Position numbers and translations under genes: made by a program. Below, one piece after another: positions 20,418-31,328 of a DNA stretch of 64,000 bases (positions are counted from its first letter, which is position 1; each line of letters begins with the position of its first letter). The stretch is from a virus. The stretch is taken from IMG/VR virus record IMGVR_UViG_3300028920_000004, positions 31,765 through 95,764 of that record; one strand, written 5' to 3'. A model generated the notes under the pieces. That model was not told the DNA's origin. It saw only the letters and a list, made by a program, of their open reading frames with translations, and did no database searches.

Positions 20418-21449
20418 TTATTTTTCATTTCCATCATACAAAACTCCATTATATACAAATTTGCCTTTGATAATTCTGATATTATCTACATAAAAATATC
20501 CATTTGGCAAATAATAAACTATCACAAAACCATGTTCCCATCTATTAGGCCTATTCTTACCATATGCAGGTGCTCTGTTACAAAGACATCCTCCATTATA
20601 CCCTACTATAGATATTTCTTTTGCACTTGATAATTCTGTTCTTGATGCTATAGTATGAGTATGGAAGAATAATACATTAGTCATAAAACTTTGTATATGC
20701 CTTCTTACCGCATATATGGTTGCATATATACCATGAGTAACTGACAATCTACCTATTCTTTCTATATAATTAGTATCTTCATAAACCTTATAGCCTCTTT
20801 CTTTAAGATTAAGTTCGGTAGTAGGACTTATTAATCCTTCCAATACTGGCATTTCTTCTATAAGTCCTTTATACCAATCTTCATGATTTCCCCAAAAATA
20901 AGCCTTATCACAATTTTTTGGCAGTCTCTTATCAAATTCATCCAATAAAACATTACCTATAGCGTAATGTTCTTTTAATCTTTGAGTTTCTAAAGTCTTT
21001 TTCTTATTTTTATTCCAATGACTAATCGGAGACATATCCATAAAATCCCCAACAACCCTAAATCCATCAAAATTTACATCTTCCATAAGCTTAAAAATAG
21101 CTTTATGTGCAGGTATATCATGCTCTGGTACATGGTTATCTGCTACATATAAATATTTTTTAAAACCTTTGTTAGTAGGTTTTATTATTTTAGATTTAGG
21201 TATTGTCCATTCCTGTTTAGCAGATTTAATAACTTCTCTAATTTGCTCAGAATCTATATCTCTACTTCCTACTTTATTTCTTAAATTTAAATCCATTCTT
21301 GGTTTTATGGTTCCTTTTTTTCTAAGTCTTTGAGCATATCTTTGAGCAGTTCTTTCGCCTATTTTCATAAGCTCTGCGATTTCATAATCGTTTTTTCCTA
21401 AATTATACAACTCTATAAATAACTTTTTATCTATCCTCATATTACCCAT
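20418..21449 (-). CDS. HTH-fused calcineurin-like metallophosphoesterase
   Basis: N-terminal HTH (EIAELMKIGERTAQRY); DNH, GD, GNHE, THG, HTH motifs. Confidence 0.85.
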   Translation of the reverse strand: MGNMRIDKKLFIELYNLGKNDYEIAELMKIGERTAQRYAQRLRKKGTIKPRMDLNLRNKVGSRDIDSEQIREVIKSAKQEWTIPKSKIIKPTNKGFKKYLYVADNHVPEHDIPAHKAIFKLMEDVNFDGFRVVGDFMDMSPISHWNKNKKKTLETQRLKEHYAIGNVLLDEFDKRLPKNCDKAYFWGNHEDWYKGLIEEMPVLEGLISPTTELNLKERGYKVYEDTNYIERIGRLSVTHGIYATIYAVRRHIQSFMTNVLFFHTHTIASRTELSSAKEISIVGYNGGCLCNRAPAYGKNRPNRWEHGFVIVYYLPNGYFYVDNIRIIKGKFVYNGVLYDGNEK

Positions 21450-21554
21450 TTTCTTCCTCCTTTTTAGGCTTCAAATGATTACAACTTTTACAAACATATC
21501 TACCATCTATCTTAATACATTCTTTTTCTTTTTTACAACAAAAACATTTTACAT

Positions 21555-21857
21555 TCATAGTTTAGGCTTCCTTTCTATATGTATATATCCATTAATTATA
21601 AATAATTCCCTTTCGTTCTTTCTTGGTATGCCTATAACTATTCTTGGTAATTTATTTCTATCTAATGCTTCATTCCAAATTTTTTCCAATACTTTTTGAG
21701 TTAATCTATAGGATTTTTTATCTGTATATTTTACTTCTATTAAAAGGTCTTTGCCTCTTAAATCTCCCTTATCTATTTCAAAAGCTCCTGAATTAATACA
21801 TTTTTGTACCAAATCTTCAAAAGCTTGTCCTTTTTCTCTATTACTTTTTTTACTCAT
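21555..21857 (-). CDS. PD-(D/E)XK nuclease, Holliday-junction-resolvase-like
   Basis: KGQAFE...NSGA...KGD...IEVK. Confidence 0.75.
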   Translation of the reverse strand: MSKKSNREKGQAFEDLVQKCINSGAFEIDKGDLRGKDLLIEVKYTDKKSYRLTQKVLEKIWNEALDRNKLPRIVIGIPRKNERELFIINGYIHIERKPKL

Positions 21858-21872
21858 AATTTTTTTGGGTTC

Positions 21873-21899
21873 AGAGAGGGAGAGTTTATCTCCCTCTCT
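21873..21899. other. Intergenic 11-bp perfect hairpin
   Basis: agagagggaga-gttta-tctccctctct; no U-tract on the sense (minus) strand. Confidence 0.6.
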
Positions 21900-21910
21900 A
21901 TTATTATAGT

Positions 21911-23531
21911 TTATTCGGTCTTAGTCTTATCTTCAGGAATATTTAACTTGGTACTAATTCCTTCACTTTTTCCCTGAGACTTAGACCTAAAGTTCTTTCT
22001 TCTTTTCCTTTGACCTGTATTAGTATTGCTTCTAATATCCACCACCATTTTGCAGAGCAAACATAAAAGTTTAACTACATCTGCTATGGTAACATCTGTC
22101 TTATCATCTTTTAACTTTTTTTCTATCTCCCCTAGGTCATCATACATATGATTTCTTGCTAAAGACATATCTATATCCTCCTTTCTTTAAGCATTAAACT
22201 TCTGGTGGGTACATATCATTTCCACCATCAGAATTATCTTTTCCAAAATGTAAATCTTTGGGTTTATTTTCTTGATTTAACGCTTCTATTAATTCTTTAT
22301 AGGTTACGACTTTTTCATCTACTTTTTCAATATTAAATGCTATATCTTCAGATAAATTTAAGATAATATTGCCAACTTCTTTTTTAGTTTCGACATATAT
22401 TACTAAAGGAATATTGAAAAAATCATCACCTAATATTACTCGCTTCCGACTTAAATTTATTTTATACATTTTTTTCTTCCTTTATATTTTAGCTATACTG
22501 TTTTTATTAAAAAATTTAATTAAATCTTGTCCTTCTTTATGCCAGTCTAAATGTTTATTTTTACAAGTGCTATTAAGATGAGCAATTTTATATATATTTT
22601 CAAGTATTATTCTAGTTTCTGGATTTTTGGTTTCTGTTCCATGTATTAAACATATAGCTTCTATCAATTTTAATTGTTGAGTTTTGGTTAATTTTTTAGT
22701 TTTCATCTGTTTAAATTATCCTTTCTATTCTATATCTTTCTATTGCCATACCATATCTTTTTTTCATATAGTATTCTGCATCTCTTTCTGAAAACCATAC
22801 TTGTCTTTCATTTATTTCCCCTAAACCGCCAGGACTAGATTTATAAGTATATACCCATTCCCATTTATAACATTTATATTCATCTTTAAAAGACTTATAA
22901 TCTTTCTTTACGCAAGGTCTTATTTTTAAATAATAATGTTTACCATCAGATATTATTTGATATTGAAGTTTATATTTTTCTATACATGAAAAAATACGTT
23001 GAAATTTATCATTTTCATAATCCATTGTTTATATCCTTTCTGGTTTTATCTTTCTCTTTGTTTCTATCATATTTGGTTTTGTCTTTATGTACTTGCTCAG
23101 AAGGATTTCTATTCCATTTCTTACGGACTTTAAGAGAATCTATTTTATCGCTTCCGCAAAAAGGGCATTTATTTTTCTTAGGGTTATAAAATTGACCATT
23201 ACAATTTTTACATATATATTTAGACATTTATATAGCACCATCCTCTTGTGGGAGGTTTCTTTGGTTGTTTCTTATTTGTTCTTTTAAGAGGTTCAAAACA
23301 AATAACTTTTTTCTCTCCTCTTTCAGTAGGTTCATAGTCATTACCTATATAATCCCCTTCAGCAAAGATTTTATTGCCATCAGAAAAACAAACTTTATTG
23401 ATTATTTTATTAGATTTTAAACTTGGGTGTACTCCTACTGTCCAATAACAATATATAACTTCATTAGTATTTACATTTTCTATCATCTTATGTTCTACTT
23501 GTTCTGGTTTTGCGTAAATTAGTATATCCAT
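21911..23531 (-). other. Run of six small hypothetical ORFs (21911-22168, 22194-22469, 22482-22706, 22711-23025, 23015-23227 Zn-ribbon, 23220-23531)
   Basis: ORF track; the last ORF likely starts at M30 (23531), coupled to the polB stop. Confidence 0.55.
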
Positions 23532-25831
23532 TATTTTATTTCCTTTACTTCCCACCCCATCGCAGTAAAGGGAGTTTCCAACTTCATTAAAATATTTCTT
23601 TCTATCATTAATTTCCAATCTATTATATTCTTATCTATATTATCTTGAGTTTCTTCATCAAAAGCAATAACATTTTTAGGCTTTTCTTTTCGATGCAATA
23701 TGCTTATTTTATATTTATCTTCTTCTAATTCTAATTTATTAGTTATATATTCTATACCCTCACTTCTAGATAAATCTTTGTCTAATATTTCTTTATAATC
23801 TTCTCCTTCAAGATAACCTTTAACTATTATTTGGGTTTTTCTTTTAGGTTTTTCTTGTGGTTTAATATATATCCAATAATAAGATTGTCCTATTCTTCTT
23901 TTAAAATTCTCAGTATTTTCTAAAGCCCTGGCAAAGATTGGAACGCTTTTATAGTCTTTAATAGGCTTACTTATCTTACAAGGAAAAGCAATTTCTTTCA
24001 ATGGTTTATTTTTGAGATTTTTAATTTCATTTTTTATCCAATTAAATATTTTATCTTTAGATTCTTTATTCATAATCTTATCTAAAAGAATATCTTGAAA
24101 CTTAGAAAGATACTCTGTACTATCTTTTCTCTTAATTTCTAATCCTTTAATTTTTTCTTCTAATCCAGCAAAAGTTCTTAAATAACCTTTATACCTACAA
24201 CGAGTGGCAATAAATAATTTCTCAAAATTACCTTCATGTTCAAAAACTATATTTACTTTCTTATTAAATCTTTCTTTCGCCCATTTAATTATTACTTCAT
24301 TTAACCATTCCTCTATATTTTTTCCTTTATCATCTATAATAAATCCATCAGTATCAACATATAAAACTTTATATCCCTTCTTTTTTAATTCATCTTCTAC
24401 ATACCAAATTAAATCTCTAACTACTGCTGTAATCATTCCTGCTACTCTATGGTCAAACATTCTGAAATATTTATTTCCAATCACTCCCCATGCCGAAAGT
24501 ACAATAGTTTTTAAAGCTTCATATTTATTTTTAATATCTTCATATTCATCAGAACTTGGGTCAGTTTTTTTCTTTTTCTCTTTAAGTATATTTTTTTCTT
24601 CAATTAGTTTTTTTGCTATTATAGGTAAAATAGCTTCTTTGTCTTGTTTAACATAGTAAGTTTCTTTTATTACTTTAGTTTCTCTATCGGTAATATTAAC
24701 AGGAATAGTATTTGAACTTTTTTTATTTGAAACATTCGCAGGGTCTAAACATAAATCTATAATAGCATACATATAGGCTCCTGAAAGGTCATAGGAGCCA
24801 ACATTAAAAAATCTACCTGTATAATAACTTTTCCTATGTGCACCTTCAAATTCTCCTGATTCTGCATCTCTTTTCTTCATAGGCAATACTATACCTTTTT
24901 TCTTAGCTTCTTTTAATAAAAGCATATCTATAACTCTACTATTAAATACTCCAAGGTCTTCCCAATTTGCCATAGAAAATCTACGAATTTCATCATAATG
25001 ATTAATAAGTTGATATTTCTTTTCCAATCTCACCAATTTTTTAACGTCTTTTATATTCTTGTCTTTAACTTCATCCGAAATTTTATTAAAATCAGTATCA
25101 GGATTTGGCTTATCTTCAAGATATTTTTGAGCAATATAATTTAAAGAGTATCTTTTTTCTTGGTTTCTTGTGAAATTTTTAAACCAAGTCATATAGTCAA
25201 TAATAGAAATTCCAGATGGAAACCAAATTTCTCCATCTCCATATCTAGTCTTACCTATAGGGCTTATATTTTCCGCAAATTCTTCATTCATTCTATAGTA
25301 TAAATATTTATAATCAAACATTACATTCCATCCCAAAATTAAATCTGGAGATTCTTTCTTAATATATTTACAAAAATTTTCCAACATCTCAAATTCACTT
25401 TCATATTCTCTAATATCAAAAGTAATAGTTTTATCTTTAAAAGAATCATAAACAGTAATAAATGAAACTGGATATTTCGCTTGTTCTGGAACAGGAAATT
25501 CATCCGATTTTACTTCTATATCTATAAAGAAATATTTAATAGAGGTTTTTTCTATACTATCTATCCTATCAATCAAATATCTATTCGTAAATAATACATC
25601 AGATTCAAATGAATCTTCAGTTCTCATTTGTCTTACATTTTTAGGTTCCGAGACCATAATTTTCTTTAGTGGAGTTCCATTATATGCTCTATATTTACCT
25701 TCTATTTCATCAGAAATTTCATAAAAATAAGGAAAGAAATTAGTAACTGTTCTAATTTCTTGTTTACCCTTATCATCTCTAAGAAATAGATAAATAGTCC
25801 TTCTATGATTTGCTATATTTAATAATTTCAT
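23531..25831 (-). CDS. polB: Family B DNA polymerase with 3'-5' exonuclease
   Basis: ExoI DIEV, ExoII GWNVMFD; motif A YDLSGAYMY, motif B K.IVLSAWG, motif C YVDTDG; KGLEIKRKD. Confidence 0.95.
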   Translation of the reverse strand: MKLLNIANHRRTIYLFLRDDKGKQEIRTVTNFFPYFYEISDEIEGKYRAYNGTPLKKIMVSEPKNVRQMRTEDSFESDVLFTNRYLIDRIDSIEKTSIKYFFIDIEVKSDEFPVPEQAKYPVSFITVYDSFKDKTITFDIREYESEFEMLENFCKYIKKESPDLILGWNVMFDYKYLYYRMNEEFAENISPIGKTRYGDGEIWFPSGISIIDYMTWFKNFTRNQEKRYSLNYIAQKYLEDKPNPDTDFNKISDEVKDKNIKDVKKLVRLEKKYQLINHYDEIRRFSMANWEDLGVFNSRVIDMLLLKEAKKKGIVLPMKKRDAESGEFEGAHRKSYYTGRFFNVGSYDLSGAYMYAIIDLCLDPANVSNKKSSNTIPVNITDRETKVIKETYYVKQDKEAILPIIAKKLIEEKNILKEKKKKTDPSSDEYEDIKNKYEALKTIVLSAWGVIGNKYFRMFDHRVAGMITAVVRDLIWYVEDELKKKGYKVLYVDTDGFIIDDKGKNIEEWLNEVIIKWAKERFNKKVNIVFEHEGNFEKLFIATRCRYKGYLRTFAGLEEKIKGLEIKRKDSTEYLSKFQDILLDKIMNKESKDKIFNWIKNEIKNLKNKPLKEIAFPCKISKPIKDYKSVPIFARALENTENFKRRIGQSYYWIYIKPQEKPKRKTQIIVKGYLEGEDYKEILDKDLSRSEGIEYITNKLELEEDKYKISILHRKEKPKNVIAFDEETQDNIDKNIIDWKLMIERNILMKLETPFTAMGWEVKEIK

Positions 25832-25872
25832 TATAAAAATTTCTCCAAATAATCTATTATGTCATTACCATA

Positions 25873-26382
25873 TTATCTTTCAATAATATCTATACCTTCA
25901 TCATGTACAGGTTTTTCATACATATTATTAAATTTTGTCCAAACTTGTTCCCATAATTTTCTATCGGGTTGTCCATGAGGGTCATTCATTCTTCTATTTA
26001 CTGCTTCATTCATAGTTAGTTTTGGCATTTCTATAACAATAATGGTATATCCAAAACTTTTAGCATATTTGATATATCTAGCTCTCAGTTCTCTGTTAAT
26101 ACCTACTTCGTCTATTATAATATTAACTCCCAATTTAACAAAATTTCTAAACATAAATAATTCAGTATTCCATATTGTAGGTTCATATTCTAAATCAAAA
26201 ATATATTTCCCTGCACCAATTCCATATCTTAAACTATCTCTGGATATAACTACATATCCTTTTTTAGAATATTCTTTAGTTAAAGTAGATTTCCCTGTTC
26301 CTATATTGCCTACCATCAAAATTAAATTTTTATTTTTCATTATCACATTCCTTATTTTAAAATATAAAATTTCTAATAGCAA
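25873..26382 (-). CDS. AAA_33 / polynucleotide-kinase-like P-loop kinase
   Basis: MVGNIGTGKST, ISRDSLR, IIDE. Confidence 0.85.
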   Translation of the reverse strand: MLLEILYFKIRNVIMKNKNLILMVGNIGTGKSTLTKEYSKKGYVVISRDSLRYGIGAGKYIFDLEYEPTIWNTELFMFRNFVKLGVNIIIDEVGINRELRARYIKYAKSFGYTIIVIEMPKLTMNEAVNRRMNDPHGQPDRKLWEQVWTKFNNMYEKPVHDEGIDIIER

Positions 26383-26572
26383 TAAAACTTGCTACTATAT
26401 TCATGATAGCTTGTCCATATAATCTTTTTTTCCAATTTATTATAATATAGATTCCACACGCTAAAGCATAAAAAAGCCAACAAATATTAAAAGTATTTAT
26501 AAAATATAAAGAAATTAAAACTATAGAAGCAGATATAAAATCTAAGATATTTATTGGCATTAATTTTTTCAT
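26357..26572 (-). CDS. Small membrane protein (PnuC/SemiSWEET-like half transporter?)
   Basis: Three hydrophobic segments; CWL...KRLYGQ. Confidence 0.45.
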   Translation of the reverse strand: MKKLMPINILDFISASIVLISLYFINTFNICWLFYALACGIYIIINWKKRLYGQAIMNIVASFIAIRNFIF

Positions 26573-27183
26573 ATCTTCCTTGCAACTGTTATCAAAGTAG
26601 GTGCTATTTTATTAATAACTATTTGTTTATATACTTTAAATCCTTGATTTTGTAATTCTTCTTTTAAAACTTCCGCAGGAACATGATGTACATTCTTCTC
26701 TATAAATGTTATTATTTTCCCAAATAGAATATTGCCCCAAAAATTATCAACACATCCATCAGCTATTATTAATATGCCATTCTTAGTCAATACTCTATGA
26801 AATTCTTTAATAGCATCGTATTGATTATCAAAATGATGAAAAGCATGAGAACACGCTATTATATGAAATTTATTATCATAGTAAGGAAGTTGTTCTGCTG
26901 GAGCTATAGAATATTTTATATTTCCTTTATTTTCTTTTTTTGCTTGTATTATCATTTTTTTAGAATAATCTACTCCATATAAATATAGATATTCCGACCT
27001 ATTTTCTAATTTTCTTAAAAACTTACCAGTTCCACAAGCAATATCTAAAACATTATAACTATCTTCTAATTTCATAAGTTGTATCATTTTATCGTGAGTT
27101 CTATTAAATAATAGATACTGTAATATTGACTTATCATATTTTTTTGCCCATTTATTAAATCTTTCTTTATGGTCTGTCATCAT
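26569..27183 (-). CDS. Class I SAM-dependent methyltransferase (UbiE-like)
   Basis: VLDIACGTG, GVDYS, AEQLPY, EFHRVLTKNG. Confidence 0.9.
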   Translation of the reverse strand: MMTDHKERFNKWAKKYDKSILQYLLFNRTHDKMIQLMKLEDSYNVLDIACGTGKFLRKLENRSEYLYLYGVDYSKKMIIQAKKENKGNIKYSIAPAEQLPYYDNKFHIIACSHAFHHFDNQYDAIKEFHRVLTKNGILIIADGCVDNFWGNILFGKIITFIEKNVHHVPAEVLKEELQNQGFKVYKQIVINKIAPTLITVARKI

Positions 27184-27526
27184 AATAACTCCTTGGTTGT
27201 GGTGTTGGTCTTGGTCGAGGTTGAGGATTTTTAGGAGGAGGATTATATCCTTTATTTCTTCTTCTTAATCTCCGTCTTAAAAACCTTCTACATCTACAAA
27301 AAATATTTGACCTTCTCTTGCAAGGTCTACATCTACAATATCTTTCTTCTGTATTAACAGTTAAATTATAAAAGAGGTCTTTATATTTTTCCAATATTCC
27401 CATCTTTTTTTTAATATCTTCTTCATTATCATGCTCTTTCAAAATAAAAATTGACATCTTATCACCCATTTTTTTAGAATATCTTAATATGCCCAAATAG
27501 AAAAAATACTCTTTAAACTTTATCAT
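27167..27526 (-). CDS. Hypothetical protein with Arg/Cys-rich and Pro-rich tail
   Basis: CRCRPCKRR...RRRLRRR...PPPKNPQPRPRPTPQPR. Confidence 0.5.
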   Translation of the reverse strand: MIKFKEYFFYLGILRYSKKMGDKMSIFILKEHDNEEDIKKKMGILEKYKDLFYNLTVNTEERYCRCRPCKRRSNIFCRCRRFLRRRLRRRNKGYNPPPKNPQPRPRPTPQPRSYYDDRP

Positions 27527-27661
27527 TGTCTTTATCTCCTATTTTTATACCTGCACTTTTAAGTATAGTTTTAATCCTTTCTATTTCTCCAGGCATACCT
27601 AACATTTTTGCTATTTTATCTAAAGATTTTCCTTTTCTATATTGTTTTATTGCTCTTTGTT

Positions 27662-28339
27662 CTAACATTTCCAGTATCTTTTTCTAATTTCTAATAAAAA
27701 TTCATTTACTTTGTTTATATTAGGTATATGTCTACAATTTTTTAATTTTATAGTTGCCATTTTTTGTAATTCTTCAGCATAATTTATAATTTCTCCCATA
27801 CCATAATAACCTTCTTTTTTATATCTCATAAGAATTTTAGCTAAATCTTTTTTTACTTTTATATCAAAATCTTTGTGTTCTAACAAATCCAATAAATAAT
27901 TTAAGGTTCTAATATATGCAACTGCAAATTTTCCTGGTTTTTTATCTTTTTTATTTAAGAATTTTTTTCTTTGATTTAACCCATAACCAATAAACGCATT
28001 AAAAGCATCTTGAGGATTCCATATATAAGGAAATAAATTTTGCAATTTTAAACCCTCTCCTGTAGCTTCTATTGCAGGAGCCTTAAATACTTCTAATATC
28101 GAAGGATTACATTTTACCGCTAAATATAAAAAATGTCCTATTTCATAAGAAGTATTATCTTTATTTGTATCTTCTATCCAATGGCTTCCTTTATATTTAT
28201 AATTTAAAGATAACAATTTTTGGGTTGGAATTACATAAACACTTCTATAATCATAATCACTATTTTTAGTGGCTAATCCATGTGCTCTACTACCTACTAA
28301 AACTTTCAATATCGTTATTTTATCTGTTATTTTCTTCAT
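27662..28339 (-). CDS. Pol-beta-superfamily nucleotidyltransferase (RlaP / YcgL-like)
   Basis: VGSRAHGLATKNSDYDYR, NPSILE. Confidence 0.85.
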   Translation of the reverse strand: MKKITDKITILKVLVGSRAHGLATKNSDYDYRSVYVIPTQKLLSLNYKYKGSHWIEDTNKDNTSYEIGHFLYLAVKCNPSILEVFKAPAIEATGEGLKLQNLFPYIWNPQDAFNAFIGYGLNQRKKFLNKKDKKPGKFAVAYIRTLNYLLDLLEHKDFDIKVKKDLAKILMRYKKEGYYGMGEIINYAEELQKMATIKLKNCRHIPNINKVNEFLLEIRKRYWKC

Positions 28340-28844
28340 AATTAAATAAATCTCCTTTTCTACTTGCTAAATAATCAGCCAATATAATTAAATGTTCGTA
28401 TAATCCTTTAGGTTTAGGCACAAAAGGATTTTTATACCAATGCCCCATATGCACACTTATTAACCTTTGTATTTCTGTTCTTCTTCCAATTCTAAATTCT
28501 TCTAATAATATATATCCTATTTGTGGATGTAATTTCATCATCCAATCCATTCTAGACCAACCTGTAGGATGATTTCTCCATAATTTTTTATTTACTTCTC
28601 CTTTTACTGCTAAAATTAATTTACCAATATCATGTAACCATGCACTTGCTACTAGCATATCTCTATCTGAATCCTTAATATCAAAGGCATCACATAGATG
28701 TTCCATAATATTTGCACATCTTGTAAGATGTTCTCTCATAGTTTCGCTTCTATGATATTTGCCACTTAAAGAAGCAGGTTGTTCTAATAAATCTTCAAAA
28801 TTTTCTTCTAATATTTTTAAAGCTTTATCTGTTATTATTCCCAT
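28320..28844 (-). CDS. HD-domain phosphohydrolase
   Basis: PASLSGKYH...EH, WLHDIGK, HP, HMG, LADYLASR. Confidence 0.85.
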   Translation of the reverse strand: MGIITDKALKILEENFEDLLEQPASLSGKYHRSETMREHLTRCANIMEHLCDAFDIKDSDRDMLVASAWLHDIGKLILAVKGEVNKKLWRNHPTGWSRMDWMMKLHPQIGYILLEEFRIGRRTEIQRLISVHMGHWYKNPFVPKPKGLYEHLIILADYLASRKGDLFNYEENNR

Positions 28845-29018
28845 TTTTTTGTTTTGCCTATCCTTTTTAATTTATCTAAAAGTTTCTTATATTTTTTAAT
28901 ATCTTTCTCGGCATCTTTTATATAAAATATAAAAGGACAATTTTGACATATTTTAGCGTGTCTTTTTCTCTGTCTTTTACAGTTACTATACCACCAAGTA
29001 TTTTCTTGTATATGGTCT

Positions 29019-29492
29019 TTAAGATTCACAATTATATTCCTTTATTTTTTTCCAAGCTCTTCTATATCTAGTTTTATTTTTATACCATTGTAGATTTTTT
29101 AAATTTTTTTGTTGTCGGCTGATATGTAAGTTATAAAAATGTTTTGACAAATATTTTTTCATCCATTTTAAACATTGGATTTCTGCAATATATTCAGCAT
29201 TTATGCTTCCCATTTCAGAACTAAAAGCTTTATTTTTTAAGTGTCCTAATTCATGAAATATTAAACGCATCAAATCATTTTTAGTTAAATTTTTATCTTT
29301 TGACATATTTTTAGCATTATATTGTAAATAAAATCTACTATTATCCCATGCATATCTTCCAACACTTCCCCAAGCCCACATAGTATTATCTTGACTTACA
29401 TCAATAGGTTTAATATGAAATCTTTTTCGCCAATATTCTACTTCTTTTTCCATAAATTTTCTTATAAAAGTTCTCTTCATTATCCTCTCCAA
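29019..29492 (-). CDS. Zincin-like metallopeptidase (ImmA/IrrE-like)
   Basis: FHELGH...EYIAE. Confidence 0.6.
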   Translation of the reverse strand: MERIMKRTFIRKFMEKEVEYWRKRFHIKPIDVSQDNTMWAWGSVGRYAWDNSRFYLQYNAKNMSKDKNLTKNDLMRLIFHELGHLKNKAFSSEMGSINAEYIAEIQCLKWMKKYLSKHFYNLHISRQQKNLKNLQWYKNKTRYRRAWKKIKEYNCES

Positions 29493-29615
29493 AATATTAA
29501 AGCATTAACCATTACCAAAAGAATACCTATAGTTTTGATTTTTAATCCAGGAACTAAAAGAGATACCCCCAAATAACCTATTAACATCATTATATAAAAT
29601 ATCCAATATAACATT

Positions 29616-30065
29616 TTATTCTCCTGAAGTTTGAAATTCTTGTTCTGTCTTTTTCTTCAAACTTTGTAAAGTAGAAATATCTTGGCTTGCAGATTCTACA
29701 TAGGCTTGCAGATAATTTCGTATTCTCCTATAATTTTGAACCAATGCTCTAGCTTCTTCTTTAGTAGCTGTAGAATTAAACTTACCATCTTTCTTAGTGT
29801 CATGTGTATTTTTTACTTTAAAATAATAATCCAACTGAGTATTAGTTTTAGCAGTGTCTACTACTCCCCAAGCAGTTTTAAGGTCAGAATGAGCACCTGT
29901 AACTTTACTTAAAAGGGTTCTAATAGTTTGAGGATTATCTGATATATCTCTTTTTAATTTCTTTGCTGTTTCATCTACTATTTTTATACTATCTCTAACT
30001 TCTGATAATATCATTTCTACTGTTTCTTCTGATTTGGCTAATTTTTCTATTTTTTTAACTCTCAT
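29616..30065 (-). CDS. Helical protein, possibly a UvsY-like recombination mediator
   Basis: All-helical, 149 aa, just downstream of recA; positional inference only. Confidence 0.35.
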   Translation of the reverse strand: MRVKKIEKLAKSEETVEMILSEVRDSIKIVDETAKKLKRDISDNPQTIRTLLSKVTGAHSDLKTAWGVVDTAKTNTQLDYYFKVKNTHDTKKDGKFNSTATKEEARALVQNYRRIRNYLQAYVESASQDISTLQSLKKKTEQEFQTSGE

Positions 30066-30273
30066 TAGTGCTCTCCTTCTTTATCTCCGCTTGGAGTTCG
30101 GTTATAAGGTCGTTAACAGCTAACGTTCCTTTGCCCCATATATCTCGCCTTGCCTCAAGCCACTCGTGAATGGCGAAGAGGAGTTGGTCAACTCGTTCTT
30201 CCTTAAATGGAGACATATGTTTTCCTTGAACATATGCTCTGCGTAAGTATAACCTAACCTGTTCCCGTATCAT

Positions 30274-31254
30274 CTATGACCTCCCTTTAGGATTTAATTT
30301 ATTCCAAATCCCTTCTTCTATTTCTTTCCAATCTTTAGGAGTTAATTTTTCAAGAAATTTATTTTTAGTTCCTTTCTTATTTTTAAATATATAGGTATTT
30401 TTCCTTATATCTACAACTCCAAATTGAATACCCTTAAACAATATAGATTCTTTTTGATTTATCTTTCCAGTATCATAAAACTTAATACAAGTTTTCCTAT
30501 GAGGCTTCCCTCTTTTATTTTTTATACAATTCAATATAATTTCATTCCCTATTCTTTCTTTTTCCCTTCCAGTTCCTTTATCTATACCTTTACTTCTTTT
30601 AAATTTTATACGAGTGTTATATAAATGTCTAAGGGCATGTCCACCACTGGTAGTCTCAGGATTTCCAAACATAACCCCTACTTTTTCTCTAACCTGATTT
30701 ACAAAAATAATAGTAGTTTTTTTATCCTCTATAGCTTCATAAACTTTTCCACATATAATAGAATTAACTCTTGCCTGTAAAGCCATAGTAGGTTCATCTG
30801 TTCCTCTATCTATTTGTTCTTTGGCTAATTGAGCAACTATACTATCAATAATTATCAAATCTACTTCAGGTATCAGTTTAGGTAAAATATCTCCTATTTC
30901 CTCTAAATTTCGTGGAGTAAGTATTAACAATTTTTCATTATCTACTCCTAAATGTTTAGCCCAAGATTTATCATAGGAATGTTCGGTATCTATATAAACC
31001 ACGCTTTTTCCAAGTTTTTGATATTTCTTTATAATAAACAAACAAAACGTAGATTTTCCAGATGATTCATCTCCGAAAAATTCGATTTTATGTCCACCTT
31101 CACAAAGTCTTATACCACCATCCAAAACATAATCCAACCCAAAAACTTCAGTTCTAACTATCTCACTTTCAGATATTTCAGAAGCTTTTTTTAATACATA
31201 ATCCTTACCTAAAACTTTATATAATCTTTCTAATTTTTTATTATTTTCTAACAT
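30274..31254 (-). CDS. recA: RecA recombinase
   Basis: GDESSGKST, YIDTEHS, IIDSI, NQVREKVGVMFGNPETTSGG. Confidence 0.95.
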   Translation of the reverse strand: MLENNKKLERLYKVLGKDYVLKKASEISESEIVRTEVFGLDYVLDGGIRLCEGGHKIEFFGDESSGKSTFCLFIIKKYQKLGKSVVYIDTEHSYDKSWAKHLGVDNEKLLILTPRNLEEIGDILPKLIPEVDLIIIDSIVAQLAKEQIDRGTDEPTMALQARVNSIICGKVYEAIEDKKTTIIFVNQVREKVGVMFGNPETTSGGHALRHLYNTRIKFKRSKGIDKGTGREKERIGNEIILNCIKNKRGKPHRKTCIKFYDTGKINQKESILFKGIQFGVVDIRKNTYIFKNKKGTKNKFLEKLTPKDWKEIEEGIWNKLNPKGRS

Positions 31255-31273
31255 TAAAATCTCCTATATTATT

Positions 31274-31303
31274 ATTATACCATAAGATATATAAGGTTGT
31301 CAA
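31274..31303 (-). promoter_or_regulatory. sigma70-type promoter of recA
   Basis: TTGACA-18 nt-TATAAT with extended TG; GGAG downstream. Confidence 0.85.
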
Positions 31304-31328
31304 GCATTAATATCTACCTATTTTATTA

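Noticed and set aside
21873-21899. Intrinsic terminator
   Set aside because: The hairpin is real, but on the transcribed strand it is followed by GAACCCAAAAAAA rather than a U-tract; listed only as a hairpin
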